The notes below the pieces were generated by a model. The model worked only from the letters and a program-made list of their open reading frames with translations. It ran no database searches and was not told the origin of the DNA. Positions 30,482-39,090 of a stretch of DNA of 64,000 nt are shown here, one piece after another (position 1 is the stretch's first letter; the number at the start of each line of letters is the position of its first letter). A program made the translations under genes and the position numbers. The DNA comes from Candidatus Enterousia sp. (lineage in GTDB: Bacteria > Pseudomonadota > Alphaproteobacteria > Rs-D84). The stretch lies in assembly GCA_045593685.1 (NCBI GenBank), contig JAZNXD010000018.1, forward strand, positions 41,247-105,246, in the 5' to 3' direction.

Positions 30482-30502
30482 ATGGAAACGCGGGGTAAAT
30501 CA

Positions 30503-30688
30503 ATGAATATCGGCCATGCAATAGAACGTATTCGTATTTCTGAAAATATACCATTAAATCAAATGTGTGACATACTGGGGCTGACATCGGAAATGGATTA
30601 TCATAAAATACGTACGGGCATGGTTGCCCCAACAATATATCAACAAATAATGGTTGTTATGAACACGCGTAAACCATTGGAAATATAA
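30503..30688 (+). CDS. Small XRE-family HTH transcriptional regulator (61 aa), paralog A
   Basis: GGGG ribosome-binding site 9 nt upstream. HTH LNQMCDILGLTSEMDYHKIRTG. About 35% identical to the 38879..39064 product, with the same length. Confidence 0.6.
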   Translation: MNIGHAIERIRISENIPLNQMCDILGLTSEMDYHKIRTGMVAPTIYQQIMVVMNTRKPLEI

Positions 30689-30716
30689 AATCCCCGAAAC
30701 GGGGATTTTCAAATTC
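30688..30716 (+). terminator. Intrinsic terminator after HTH gene A
   Basis: ATCCCCGaaaCGGGGAT followed by a T tract. Confidence 0.6.
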
Positions 30717-30717
30717 C

Positions 30718-30793
30718 TGGTGCCGGTGATAGGACTTGAACCTACGACCCCCTCATTACGAATGAGATGCTCTACCAGCTGAGCTACACCGGC
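30718..30793 (-). tRNA. tRNA-Thr (anticodon CGU)
   Basis: Cloverleaf. Acceptor GCCGGTG/CACCGGC. Anticodon loop UUCGUAA. T-loop TTCAAGT. CCA is encoded. Confidence 0.9.
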
Positions 30794-30970
30794 CTGGTGC
30801 CAATGACTATAACCTATTCAAAAAATAAATACCAGGAAAAAATTATCATGCCTTTATTTTTCTTAACAAGATCATAAATCCGGCTATTGTGTGCGGGGCA
30901 TTATGTTCATTTTTTTCGTCGAACAGAAACGGTACAAGAAATAAAAACACCGGAACTTACCGGTGTTTAC

Positions 30971-31456
30971 TTAATGTTCCTTGCCATTGTAATGATTGTT
31001 CAAATGTCGGGTTAAAACCTGTTTCATTTGTGCAATGATTTTTTGCCGCAAATTTTTGGGTGTATCATATGGCAAAAAGTCAGATGCGTTTTCCGACATT
31101 TGTTTCGCAAAACGTTTCTGAGAATCTTGTATTGCATCTTTTGCTGGTATTTTATATGGGTCAATATAAGGTTTTCCCATGGCTTTATTGTTTGCTGCGA
31201 TATATATTTCATAAGTGGTGTTTTTATGACAATCTTCGTCCCACCAATCCGCGTCGTCCAAAAGAACAAAGCGTTTTATATCGGGTTTGTATTCATATAT
31301 AGATGTGTAAGTATCGCCATCATGGCGTACGCTATACTTTCCAAAAGTATATGACCAGCCATCAAAAATTCCAGTAAATCTTTCTTTTTCTTCTTTTTTT
31401 ACGACATCGTGTGTTGCCAATTCATAATAAATACTTCTTTTTGTGCTTTCCTTCAT
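30971..31456 (-). CDS. Hypothetical protein (161 aa)
   Basis: Open reading frame directly downstream of mnmG on the same strand. No recognisable motifs. Confidence 0.45.
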   Translation of the reverse strand: MKESTKRSIYYELATHDVVKKEEKERFTGIFDGWSYTFGKYSVRHDGDTYTSIYEYKPDIKRFVLLDDADWWDEDCHKNTTYEIYIAANNKAMGKPYIDPYKIPAKDAIQDSQKRFAKQMSENASDFLPYDTPKNLRQKIIAQMKQVLTRHLNNHYNGKEH

Positions 31457-31482
31457 TTTTTTTCCCTTGAGCTCAATTCTCT

Positions 31483-33135
31483 CTAATTACCCCCGTTTTT
31501 AATTTTTCTTAGCACGACCATAATTCCCGCCGGGGTCATCCCCGGTATACGTGACAAACTGGCGATATTTTCCGGTCGCGTGGCGGTCAATTTTTCAATC
31601 AATTCGTTCGTCAATCCCGGCAATCCCGCATATACAAAGTCCGCCGGAATTTTTAATTCTGCATCACGTCTGTACGCGGCGATTTCGCGTTCATTGCGTG
31701 CGATATATCCCGCATAGAATTTATCGTTTGCTTCGATAATATCGGATTTGCGTATCAGTTTTTCTGTATAAGATTTTAAATCAATCAACCCCAAACGCAT
31801 ACCAATTTGCCCCAGTCGCGTAATCGCATTATCTGCCCGCAGACTTAATCGATATTCTGCCCGCGAAGTGAACATACGATACGGTTCATCAACCCCCAGG
31901 GTTGTTATATCATCAATCAAAACCCCAATCATGGCGTTTGTTCGGTCAATTTCCAGATACGGCAAATCGCACGCAAACGCCGCCGCATTTGCCCCCGCAA
32001 CCAGTCCCTGGGCCGCCGCCTCTTCATATCCGGATGTGCCGTTTATTTGTCCTGCGAAAAACAGGTGTGGAATATCTTTGCTTTGCAGTTTGTCATTTAA
32101 TACGCGTGCATCAATCGCATCGTATTCAATCGCATATCCATACCGAACGATTTGCGCATTTTCCAATCCCGGTATTGTACGAATCCATTTGTCTTGAACA
32201 TCACTGCCAAAACTGGTTGAAATTCCATTTGGGTATATCAGGTCACTGTTCCACCCCTCGGGTTCCAAGAATACATGATGTGACGTATGTTCCGGAAAAC
32301 GCATAACCTTGTCTTCCAGGCTGGGGCAATATCGTGGTCCTGTGCCAACAATGTCACCATTGTACATGGGCGCATTTTTTATATTATCACGAATAACCTG
32401 GTGTGTTTCTTGGGTTGTATGTGTGATATAGCACACGCAATCATAATTGTTATTTTCGTCACCGTCACTGAACCAATCGTGTGGTCTGTCCCCCGGTTGA
32501 ATTTCGCAAACAGAAAAATCAATAGAATCTTTTTTTATACGCGCCGGTGTCCCGGTTTTCAGGCGCAGTAATTCAAAGCCGGCATCTTTCAAAACGTCCG
32601 AAATATTTTTGTCCGCCGCCTGGTATGTTCCATCGTCTTGCAAACGCCCCGATGGAATTTTTTCATCCCCACGCGTTACGACACCCCGCAAAAATGTCCC
32701 CGTTGTTAAAACGATTGCCCCCGCCCGATATTTATTGTTAACGGTTGTATTTTTTATATCAAAATTTTCAACCGCTTCAAAAACAATGTCCAGGTTTTCA
32801 TATTCGCCCAAAATATCCACGATCGCCGCATGATATAAATCGCGGTCGATTTGTGCGCGCAAAGCCTGGGTTGCGGCACCATGCGTTGCGTTTAATGTGC
32901 GCCAATGAATACCCGCGCGATCGGCCGCGCGTGACATAACGCCACCCAATGCATCTATTTCTGCGACCATTTGTGATTTACCGGGCCCCCCAATGCTTGG
33001 GTTACATGACAGCGCCCCCAGGTCCGATTTTGCCTGGGTTAATAACAGTGTTTTTGCACCACGTCGTGCAGATGCTGCCGCGGCCTCGACCCCTGCGTGC
33101 CCACCACCGATAACAATCACATCATACATTTGCAT
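31483..33135 (-). CDS. mnmG: tRNA uridine-5-carboxymethylaminomethyl modification enzyme MnmG (GidA)
   Basis: FAD-binding YDVIVIGGGHAGVEAA. 550 aa. The start abuts the fabG stop (TAATATG). Confidence 0.9.
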   Translation of the reverse strand: MQMYDVIVIGGGHAGVEAAAASARRGAKTLLLTQAKSDLGALSCNPSIGGPGKSQMVAEIDALGGVMSRAADRAGIHWRTLNATHGAATQALRAQIDRDLYHAAIVDILGEYENLDIVFEAVENFDIKNTTVNNKYRAGAIVLTTGTFLRGVVTRGDEKIPSGRLQDDGTYQAADKNISDVLKDAGFELLRLKTGTPARIKKDSIDFSVCEIQPGDRPHDWFSDGDENNNYDCVCYITHTTQETHQVIRDNIKNAPMYNGDIVGTGPRYCPSLEDKVMRFPEHTSHHVFLEPEGWNSDLIYPNGISTSFGSDVQDKWIRTIPGLENAQIVRYGYAIEYDAIDARVLNDKLQSKDIPHLFFAGQINGTSGYEEAAAQGLVAGANAAAFACDLPYLEIDRTNAMIGVLIDDITTLGVDEPYRMFTSRAEYRLSLRADNAITRLGQIGMRLGLIDLKSYTEKLIRKSDIIEANDKFYAGYIARNEREIAAYRRDAELKIPADFVYAGLPGLTNELIEKLTATRPENIASLSRIPGMTPAGIMVVLRKIKNGGN

Positions 33136-33136
33136 A

Positions 33137-33865
33137 TTAAAAACGCCCCATACCACCATTTACATGCAGTGTTTGTCCATTGATATATGATGCCTCGTCC
33201 GAAGCCAGGAACACACACGCATTTGCAATATCTTCTGGTTCGCCAAAGCGACCCGCCGGAATCTGACTTAAATAGGTTTTCTTTAAATCGTCCGACAAAA
33301 CATCCGTCATTGGTGTTTTGATAAATCCCGGCGCAATCGCATTTGCGGTAATACCACGGGATGCAACTTCGGCCGCGATTGATTTTGTCATCGCAATCAT
33401 ACCGCCCTTGGATGCGGCATAGTTTGCCTGGCCCGGGCCACCAATGGTACCGATAATAGATGCCATGTTAATAATACGCCCAAAACGGTTTTTCATCATT
33501 GGCATAATTGCCGCACGACACATTTTAAAACAAGAACGCAAATTCGTATTAATCACTTCATCAAATTGTTCATCTGTCATACGCATCAGTAAAGTGTCAC
33601 GTGTGATACCGGCATTATTGATTAAAATATCAATTTTTCCGGCACGTTCGATTGTGTCCATAATTAATTCCACCGCCGCGCCATCCTGGGCCAGGTCGGC
33701 CGGAATTTTGATATATTCATCACCAAATTCTGCATCCATTTTTGCCGTATTGCGCCCCGATACAACAACGGTTGCGCCCGCCTGCTTCATTTTTTTTGCA
33801 ATTTCCGCACCGATGCCACCCGTGGCGCCTGTGATTAATGCAACTTTACCTGTTAAATCAAACAT
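33137..33865 (-). CDS. fabG: 3-oxoacyl-[ACP] reductase FabG
   Basis: SDR motifs TGATGGIG and YAASK. 242 aa. Confidence 0.85.
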   Translation of the reverse strand: MFDLTGKVALITGATGGIGAEIAKKMKQAGATVVVSGRNTAKMDAEFGDEYIKIPADLAQDGAAVELIMDTIERAGKIDILINNAGITRDTLLMRMTDEQFDEVINTNLRSCFKMCRAAIMPMMKNRFGRIINMASIIGTIGGPGQANYAASKGGMIAMTKSIAAEVASRGITANAIAPGFIKTPMTDVLSDDLKKTYLSQIPAGRFGEPEDIANACVFLASDEASYINGQTLHVNGGMGRF

Positions 33866-33867
33866 GA

Positions 33868-34743
33868 TTATATCTCCAACTTTTTTGCGGTTATTTTATC
33901 GGTTATACGTCCACACAGTCCTGTTAATACACTGCCCGGCCCCACTTCTATCATTTCTGTAATTCCCATGTCTGCCATGTTTAAAACACTTTCGCGCCAA
34001 CGTACACCGTGCGTAATTTGATAAACCAGTGCTTCTTTGATTTCTGAAATATCTGTCATGGGTGCGCATGTTTTGTTTGATATCAGTGGCACACATGGCG
34101 TATTAAATTTTACCCCATCCAATGCCACGCGCATCTCTTCTGCGGCGGGCGCCTGAATCCGACAGTGTACCGGCACAGACAGCGCCAAAGGCATCGCACG
34201 CTTTGCACCACGTTCTTTGGCCACGGCCATTGTTTTTTCGACAATATCCCGTGCACCGGAAATAACAACCTGTCCCGGGGAATTATCGTTTGCTACGTCA
34301 CAGTCCGTCTCGTTACAAATTTCACGAACCGCTTCAATACTCAGTCCCAAAATAACCGCGGTCAGTCCCTGCCCCACCGGTACGGCCGTCTGCATTGCGT
34401 TTCCACGTGCGCGCAACAATTTAGCGGCATCACCAACCGACAACGCCCCCGCCGCACACAGCGCGGTATATTCGCCCAAACTGTGCCCCGCAACATAATC
34501 GGGAACACGTGCCCTCGCCGCGCGCATCATGGCGATACTGGTTGCCATAATGGCGGGTTGAACATTTGCGGTTAGCGTTAAATCTTCTGCCGGACCATTA
34601 AAAATAATATCGGACAGTTTTTCACCCAAAGCCGCATCCACTTCGTCAAAAACCGCACGTGCGGCGGCATTGTTTTCATATAACTCTTTGCCCATACCGA
34701 CGCTTTGTGCGCCCTGGCCGGGAAATACAAATATTGATGACAT
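33868..34743 (-). CDS. fabD: Malonyl-CoA:ACP transacylase FabD
   Basis: FPGQGAQ ... GHSLGEY active-site motif. Confidence 0.9.
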   Translation of the reverse strand: MSSIFVFPGQGAQSVGMGKELYENNAAARAVFDEVDAALGEKLSDIIFNGPAEDLTLTANVQPAIMATSIAMMRAARARVPDYVAGHSLGEYTALCAAGALSVGDAAKLLRARGNAMQTAVPVGQGLTAVILGLSIEAVREICNETDCDVANDNSPGQVVISGARDIVEKTMAVAKERGAKRAMPLALSVPVHCRIQAPAAEEMRVALDGVKFNTPCVPLISNKTCAPMTDISEIKEALVYQITHGVRWRESVLNMADMGITEMIEVGPGSVLTGLCGRITDKITAKKLEI

Positions 34744-34772
34744 ATCTTGCCCTTTGTTAAATTACAATGGCA

Positions 34773-35318
34773 TTATACTTTGCGAATACTAAATTCGCAA
34801 CCGCAATAATTCTGCCGATAAAAATCAGATTCGCGATTTATTTGCACACGTAAATTTTCATCCCATTTAATCGGCATATATGATAAATCGTTGCACATCT
34901 TAATAGCCGAATCATCCACCTGGGGTTGACTTTTATGACGTGATACACCCAATACACTTGCGATTGCATTAAAGCCATTATCACGTGCGAATTTTACCGC
35001 GCGACGAAATCTGTATTCAAAGCACAGTGAACAACGTGCCCCGCGTTCGGGCACGTCTTCAAATCCGCGCACGGCATCGCGCCATGCATCATGGTCATAT
35101 TCCAGAACCGCGTATTTTGCCCCAACACTTTCACAGTATTTAATCTGTTCGTGCATACGTTTGGTATATTCCGATTCTGGAAAGATATTGGGGTTATAGA
35201 ACAGAACAATAAAATCTTCTATGCCATCGATTGCACCATCTGCCAACTGTTTTATGGCGCCCGCACTGCACGGTGCACAACAAGACAATAATACAACGCG
35301 TAAATTTTTATCTGACAT
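34773..35318 (-). CDS. queH: Epoxyqueuosine reductase QueH (DUF208)
   Basis: LLSCCAPCS N-terminal Cys motif plus C-terminal CGCEFS. Confidence 0.75.
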   Translation of the reverse strand: MSDKNLRVVLLSCCAPCSAGAIKQLADGAIDGIEDFIVLFYNPNIFPESEYTKRMHEQIKYCESVGAKYAVLEYDHDAWRDAVRGFEDVPERGARCSLCFEYRFRRAVKFARDNGFNAIASVLGVSRHKSQPQVDDSAIKMCNDLSYMPIKWDENLRVQINRESDFYRQNYCGCEFSIRKV

Positions 35319-35859
35319 GTTGTAACAGTTTTGTCATGGCCACCGGCATTTTTCCCGTCGCCGTCGGATAAATTTGCTTTAAATCTTTGTTAACAACGAT
35401 ATCGTTTTCTGTTAATTCGTGCCATGTTATCGTTGTGGCCACCGGAACAGGTCTTGCGGCACTTGCATTTGTTTTCAGTCCTATGCTATACCGTTTATGG
35501 GTTCCTTTTTTTATTGCAGGCACGTTCATCTTATCATTGGTTATCACAGGTTCAAAAGATGCGTGTGGTGTATTTTGTTTGATTTTTTTTGCATTTGTTA
35601 TTTCCTCTGCAATCCACACAGGCAACATCTCGCGTTCCAGGAAATGTGTTGCAACACCTGTTCGTATGTTATAGTTTTCCTTCAATCTTACAATTTCGAT
35701 TCTGTAACAATCCCCCGTTGTTCCCACAATTTTTTTAAGCGTTTCAACCGCCTCTTTTACATTTAAAATTTCGCCTTCGGACATATATTTATTGGCATGT
35801 ACACGTACAACAAATTTTTGCCGAATTCCAAATTCTTCTTTTGTTAATCTGGTATCCAT
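35308..35859 (-). CDS. Hypothetical protein (183 aa) between metG and queH
   Basis: Open reading frame overlapping the queH start by 11 nt. No recognisable motif. Confidence 0.5.
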   Translation of the reverse strand: MDTRLTKEEFGIRQKFVVRVHANKYMSEGEILNVKEAVETLKKIVGTTGDCYRIEIVRLKENYNIRTGVATHFLEREMLPVWIAEEITNAKKIKQNTPHASFEPVITNDKMNVPAIKKGTHKRYSIGLKTNASAARPVPVATTITWHELTENDIVVNKDLKQIYPTATGKMPVAMTKLLQHVR

Positions 35860-35869
35860 AATTATTTCC

Positions 35870-37861
35870 TTAATTTACCTTGTATTCTGAACCAAGCTTT
35901 GCCCCCTTGCCCAGGTCGATAATATTACCATCGTCTGATCCGGCGCCAACTTCGGCCGCGCTGCACATCATACCAAAGGATTCAACCCCTGCAACGGTGC
36001 GTTGCGCCATTGGTTTTTTTGCGCCCGGCAATTTACATCCCACCGGTGCCAAAACACCGCGCAATCCAACACGTGCATTTGGCGCGCCACAAACAATTTG
36101 AACCTTGTCCGTACCGTTGTTAACAACCAATATATGCAAATCTTCACGCGAAGGATGATTTTTCACCTCGACAATTTCTGCGACCGTTAATTTTGGGGAA
36201 TCGTCCGCCACACGCGGTGCGTATTTTTCCGTTAATCTTGTAACCGTTTCATCGTCAATTCTATTAAACAGATTTTCCGGCACGACAAATTCTGCGCCAT
36301 CTGCGATGCGTGTTTCAAATTTTTCCGGCCAGCTCAGGTCATTTTGCGCCACAAAAACATTTTGCATTTTTTCGGCTGTCCCCGGAATAAAGGGTGCCGA
36401 CACACGCGCATACAAATCAATCAACTGAAAACATTTATTCAGTGCATTTCCTGCGCCTGCCATATCGCCATTTTTAACCAACGCCCATGGTTCCATTTTT
36501 GTCATATATTCATTACCAATCGCATACAGCCCGCGCAACGCCACGATTGCATTTCTGAATTCGCATGCATCCAGTGCGGCTGTTAATTCGGCCAATTTTT
36601 CATTAATCTGTGATTCCAGTTCTGTGTCCCAATCACCCGCCGCCGGTACGTTTGTGCCAAAGTTTTTCGCGGTCAGTTTACAAACACGACTAACAAAATT
36701 CCCCAACATACCGTTCAGGTCTTTGTTTACAATATCTGCAAAGCGTGCGATTGTGAAATCTGTATCATCTGTTTCCGGGGCTGACGCCAACAGCGCATAA
36801 CGCCATGCATCCGCAGGTGCCTCTTCAATCGCGCTGTCCAAGAATATTCCACGTTTTTGTGATTTTGAAAATTTACCACCTTCAAAATTCAAAAAGTTCA
36901 TACCCTTTAACATATCAACAGTCTTCCAGTTATCGTTCATTGCCAACTGTTGTTCCGGAAAGAAAACCGAATGGAATTTCACGTTATCTTTTCCCATAAA
37001 TTGTGCATAGTGTGCATCTGGGTTTTTCCACCATGTGGCCCAGTCTTCATTTGCCGCCTGCGATATAGATACATACCCCCATGGCGCATCAAACCAAACA
37101 TAGAAAACTTTGTTTTCATAACCTGGTTTATTTACCGGGATTCCCCACGGCAAATCGCGTGTGATTGATGTGTCGCGCAAACCTTCGTTTGCCCATCCGC
37201 GTGCAATCGCCGCCGCAGACTTGGACCATTTTGGCGCATGTTCTGCCAACCAGTCCTTCCATACATTTTCAATCTTGGACGCCAAAAAGAATAAATTCTT
37301 GGTTGGGCGCATTTCGATTTTATCACTATCAGAAATTGTGCTTCGTGGATTGATTAATTCTGTTGCCTCGTATGTTGCGCTGCACTTATCACACTGGTCA
37401 CCGCGTGCGCCTTCGAATCCACATTTTGGACATGTGCCAACCAACTGTCTGTCGGCCAGGAACATGTTATCATCAACCGAAAATGGTTGAATTGTTTCAC
37501 GTTCTTCAATCAGTCCCTGCTCGTCCAGCCGTGAAAATAATTCGTGTATCAACTTTTCCTGTTTTTCTGTATGCGTGCGCCCATATAAATCAAAAGACAA
37601 ATTAAAATCACGCACCGCACGCAGGTGTTTTTCATAGTATTTATTGTTATACTCGATAATCGGCAGTCCTTCTTTGGCGGCACCAACAACGGCGGGCGTT
37701 CCGTGTTCATCCGCGCCACATACAAACAATACATCGCGTCCCATCGCACGGCAAAAGCGCGCATAAACATCACTGGGTAAATAGCACCCAATTAAATGTC
37801 CCAAATGTAATTCGCCATTAACATACGGTAATGCAGATGTAATTAAATATTTTTTCGCCAT
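35870..37861 (-). CDS. metG: Methionine--tRNA ligase with C-terminal tRNA-binding domain
   Basis: HIGH motif (YVNGELHLGHL). KMSKS (KFSKS). C-terminal Trbp111-like domain. Confidence 0.9.
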   Translation of the reverse strand: MAKKYLITSALPYVNGELHLGHLIGCYLPSDVYARFCRAMGRDVLFVCGADEHGTPAVVGAAKEGLPIIEYNNKYYEKHLRAVRDFNLSFDLYGRTHTEKQEKLIHELFSRLDEQGLIEERETIQPFSVDDNMFLADRQLVGTCPKCGFEGARGDQCDKCSATYEATELINPRSTISDSDKIEMRPTKNLFFLASKIENVWKDWLAEHAPKWSKSAAAIARGWANEGLRDTSITRDLPWGIPVNKPGYENKVFYVWFDAPWGYVSISQAANEDWATWWKNPDAHYAQFMGKDNVKFHSVFFPEQQLAMNDNWKTVDMLKGMNFLNFEGGKFSKSQKRGIFLDSAIEEAPADAWRYALLASAPETDDTDFTIARFADIVNKDLNGMLGNFVSRVCKLTAKNFGTNVPAAGDWDTELESQINEKLAELTAALDACEFRNAIVALRGLYAIGNEYMTKMEPWALVKNGDMAGAGNALNKCFQLIDLYARVSAPFIPGTAEKMQNVFVAQNDLSWPEKFETRIADGAEFVVPENLFNRIDDETVTRLTEKYAPRVADDSPKLTVAEIVEVKNHPSREDLHILVVNNGTDKVQIVCGAPNARVGLRGVLAPVGCKLPGAKKPMAQRTVAGVESFGMMCSAAEVGAGSDDGNIIDLGKGAKLGSEYKVN

Positions 37862-37983
37862 TTTATGCCCTTTTATTTATCGCGAGAATTATAAAACATA
37901 TTTTGAATAAATCAATATTAATAAAAAACTTGAAAAAACAAACTGATATAGTACATTTGTTATAACCTTTTGGGGGTGTAATA

Positions 37984-38493
37984 ATGAAAACATTAAATCA
38001 AATTGATAAAAATACCATTATTTATATTGTAAACGAAATAACACGCCATCATGGCATAAAAAATGTACCACCGGTAAAGTTGGGCCGGTTAACATATTTA
38101 CTGTGGTTGGAATATGCATCGTTACAGCCCGGATACGAATTTCCCAAAAATTCACCGATGGCAAACATGCGTTTTATAAATTATGAACGCGGCCCGGCCG
38201 AGGTTCTAAGTTCCGACAATTATTACGAAATTCAATCGGAAATTATATCCGGTCGTGTTCCGAACTTTTCGCAAACAATGTTCGCTGCAAACGAAAATGT
38301 ACGCCTGAATCACGCATTTGAAACGGTGCGTAATTGTTATTCGAACCATCGTACCGAAGATTTATGTTATTTTATTCAGCATACATTACCGACCTGTTTG
38401 TTCAAGCCTGTGATTGCGCCATTGCAAATAAATAATCAAGAATTTTTGCAAGAGGTTAAATCATTTATCAAGCATCGTCACAAATTGAAATAA
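37984..38493 (+). CDS. Hypothetical protein resembling SocA/Panacea domain (DUF4065, phage-associated GepA-like)
   Basis: VKLGRLTYLLWLEYA ... NYERGPAEVL matches the Panacea pattern KLxKLLY...F.a..GPV. It sits next to tRNA-Val. Confidence 0.4.
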   Translation: MKTLNQIDKNTIIYIVNEITRHHGIKNVPPVKLGRLTYLLWLEYASLQPGYEFPKNSPMANMRFINYERGPAEVLSSDNYYEIQSEIISGRVPNFSQTMFAANENVRLNHAFETVRNCYSNHRTEDLCYFIQHTLPTCLFKPVIAPLQINNQEFLQEVKSFIKHRHKLK

Positions 38494-38496
38494 AAA

Positions 38497-38520
38497 CACC
38501 GGCATTTGCCGGTGTTTTTT
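38497..38520 (+). terminator. Intrinsic terminator CACCGGCatttGCCGGTG followed by a T tract
   Basis: Perfect 7-bp stem followed by T6. One member of the recurring terminator family. Confidence 0.7.
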
Positions 38521-38528
38521 ATCATGTC

Positions 38529-38605
38529 TGGTGGGTGGTATTGGACTCGAACCAACGACCTTTACGATGTCAACGTAACGCTCTAACCAACTGAGCTAAC
38601 CACCC
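38529..38605 (-). tRNA. tRNA-Val (anticodon GAC)
   Basis: Cloverleaf. Acceptor GGGTGGT/ACCACCC. Anticodon loop UUGACAU. T-loop TTCGAGT. CCA is encoded. Confidence 0.9.
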
Positions 38606-38648
38606 AAAACTACTAAAACTGCGCCCATTATAACAAAGAAAAATATAA

Positions 38649-38678
38649 TTGCAAATGATATTTGTTATGGGATATAAT
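38649..38678 (+). promoter_or_regulatory. Sigma70-type promoter TTGCAA-N18-TATAAT for leader/HTH cassette B
   Basis: -35 at 38649-38654 and -10 at 38673-38678, the same hexamers as locus A. Confidence 0.55.
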
Positions 38679-38687
38679 ACCGATTGT

Positions 38688-38860
38688 AATAGGGTACCTA
38701 TTATGCGAGGCTGGAAATCTCGCGACACACTCGCCTGCGCAGGCGTTAATTGCTCCAACCCGTGGTTGGAGGTCGGTTAATATATTGAATACCCGAGCCA
38801 CGAAGTGTCGTGATTTCTACCTCCAACCACCCTATTCCAAGGTGGTTTTTCTTTTAATCT
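38688..38860 (+). promoter_or_regulatory. Structured 5' leader B (paralog of leader A)
   Basis: Palindrome AATAGGgtaCCTATT at 38688-38702. Hairpins GCGAG/CTCGC and CGCCTGCGCAGGCG at 38732-38745, then a 7-nt linker. Stem CTCCAACC (38753-38760) pairs with GGTTGGAGG (38764-38772). A 46-nt spacer contains hairpin CACGAagtgTCGTG. ACCTCCAACC (38819-38828) overlaps terminator AACCACC...GGTGGTT, followed by a long T tract. Confidence 0.6.
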
Positions 38861-38878
38861 TTTTTTTGGGGGGTGGAA

Positions 38879-39064
38879 ATGACTTTGGGGTATGAAATTG
38901 AATATATTCGTACATTGCGAAATTTATCAATAATTGACGTTTGTAATGCAATGGGGGTTTCGGAATCAGAATACCGTAATATCATCTATAATCATACACG
39001 CCCCACAACATATCAATTAATCATGTTTATATCTGTGGCGCATCATCACATTAATTCTGTATAA
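38879..39064 (+). CDS. Small XRE-family HTH transcriptional regulator (61 aa), paralog B
   Basis: GGGGGGTGG ribosome-binding site. HTH LSIIDVCNAMGVSESEYRNI. Confidence 0.6.
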   Translation: MTLGYEIEYIRTLRNLSIIDVCNAMGVSESEYRNIIYNHTRPTTYQLIMFISVAHHHINSV

Positions 39065-39065
39065 A

Positions 39066-39090
39066 AAAGCCGGCATTTGCCGGCTTTTTC
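39066..39090. terminator. Bidirectional terminator GCCGGCatttGCCGGC between HTH-B and accC
   Basis: Perfect palindrome flanked by an A tract and a T tract. Confidence 0.65.

Noticed and set aside
30264-30635. 123-aa ORF on the minus strand spanning the leader A region
   Set aside because: It runs antisense across the conserved promoter, leader and HTH gene start. It has no ribosome-binding site and its composition matches a shadow ORF.
30795-30807. TGGTGCC immediately 5' of tRNA-Thr resembles the tRNA's own 3' end (a possible att-site direct repeat)
   Set aside because: Only 7-8 nt match, and the flanking sequence is not tRNA-like. It is too short to distinguish from chance.
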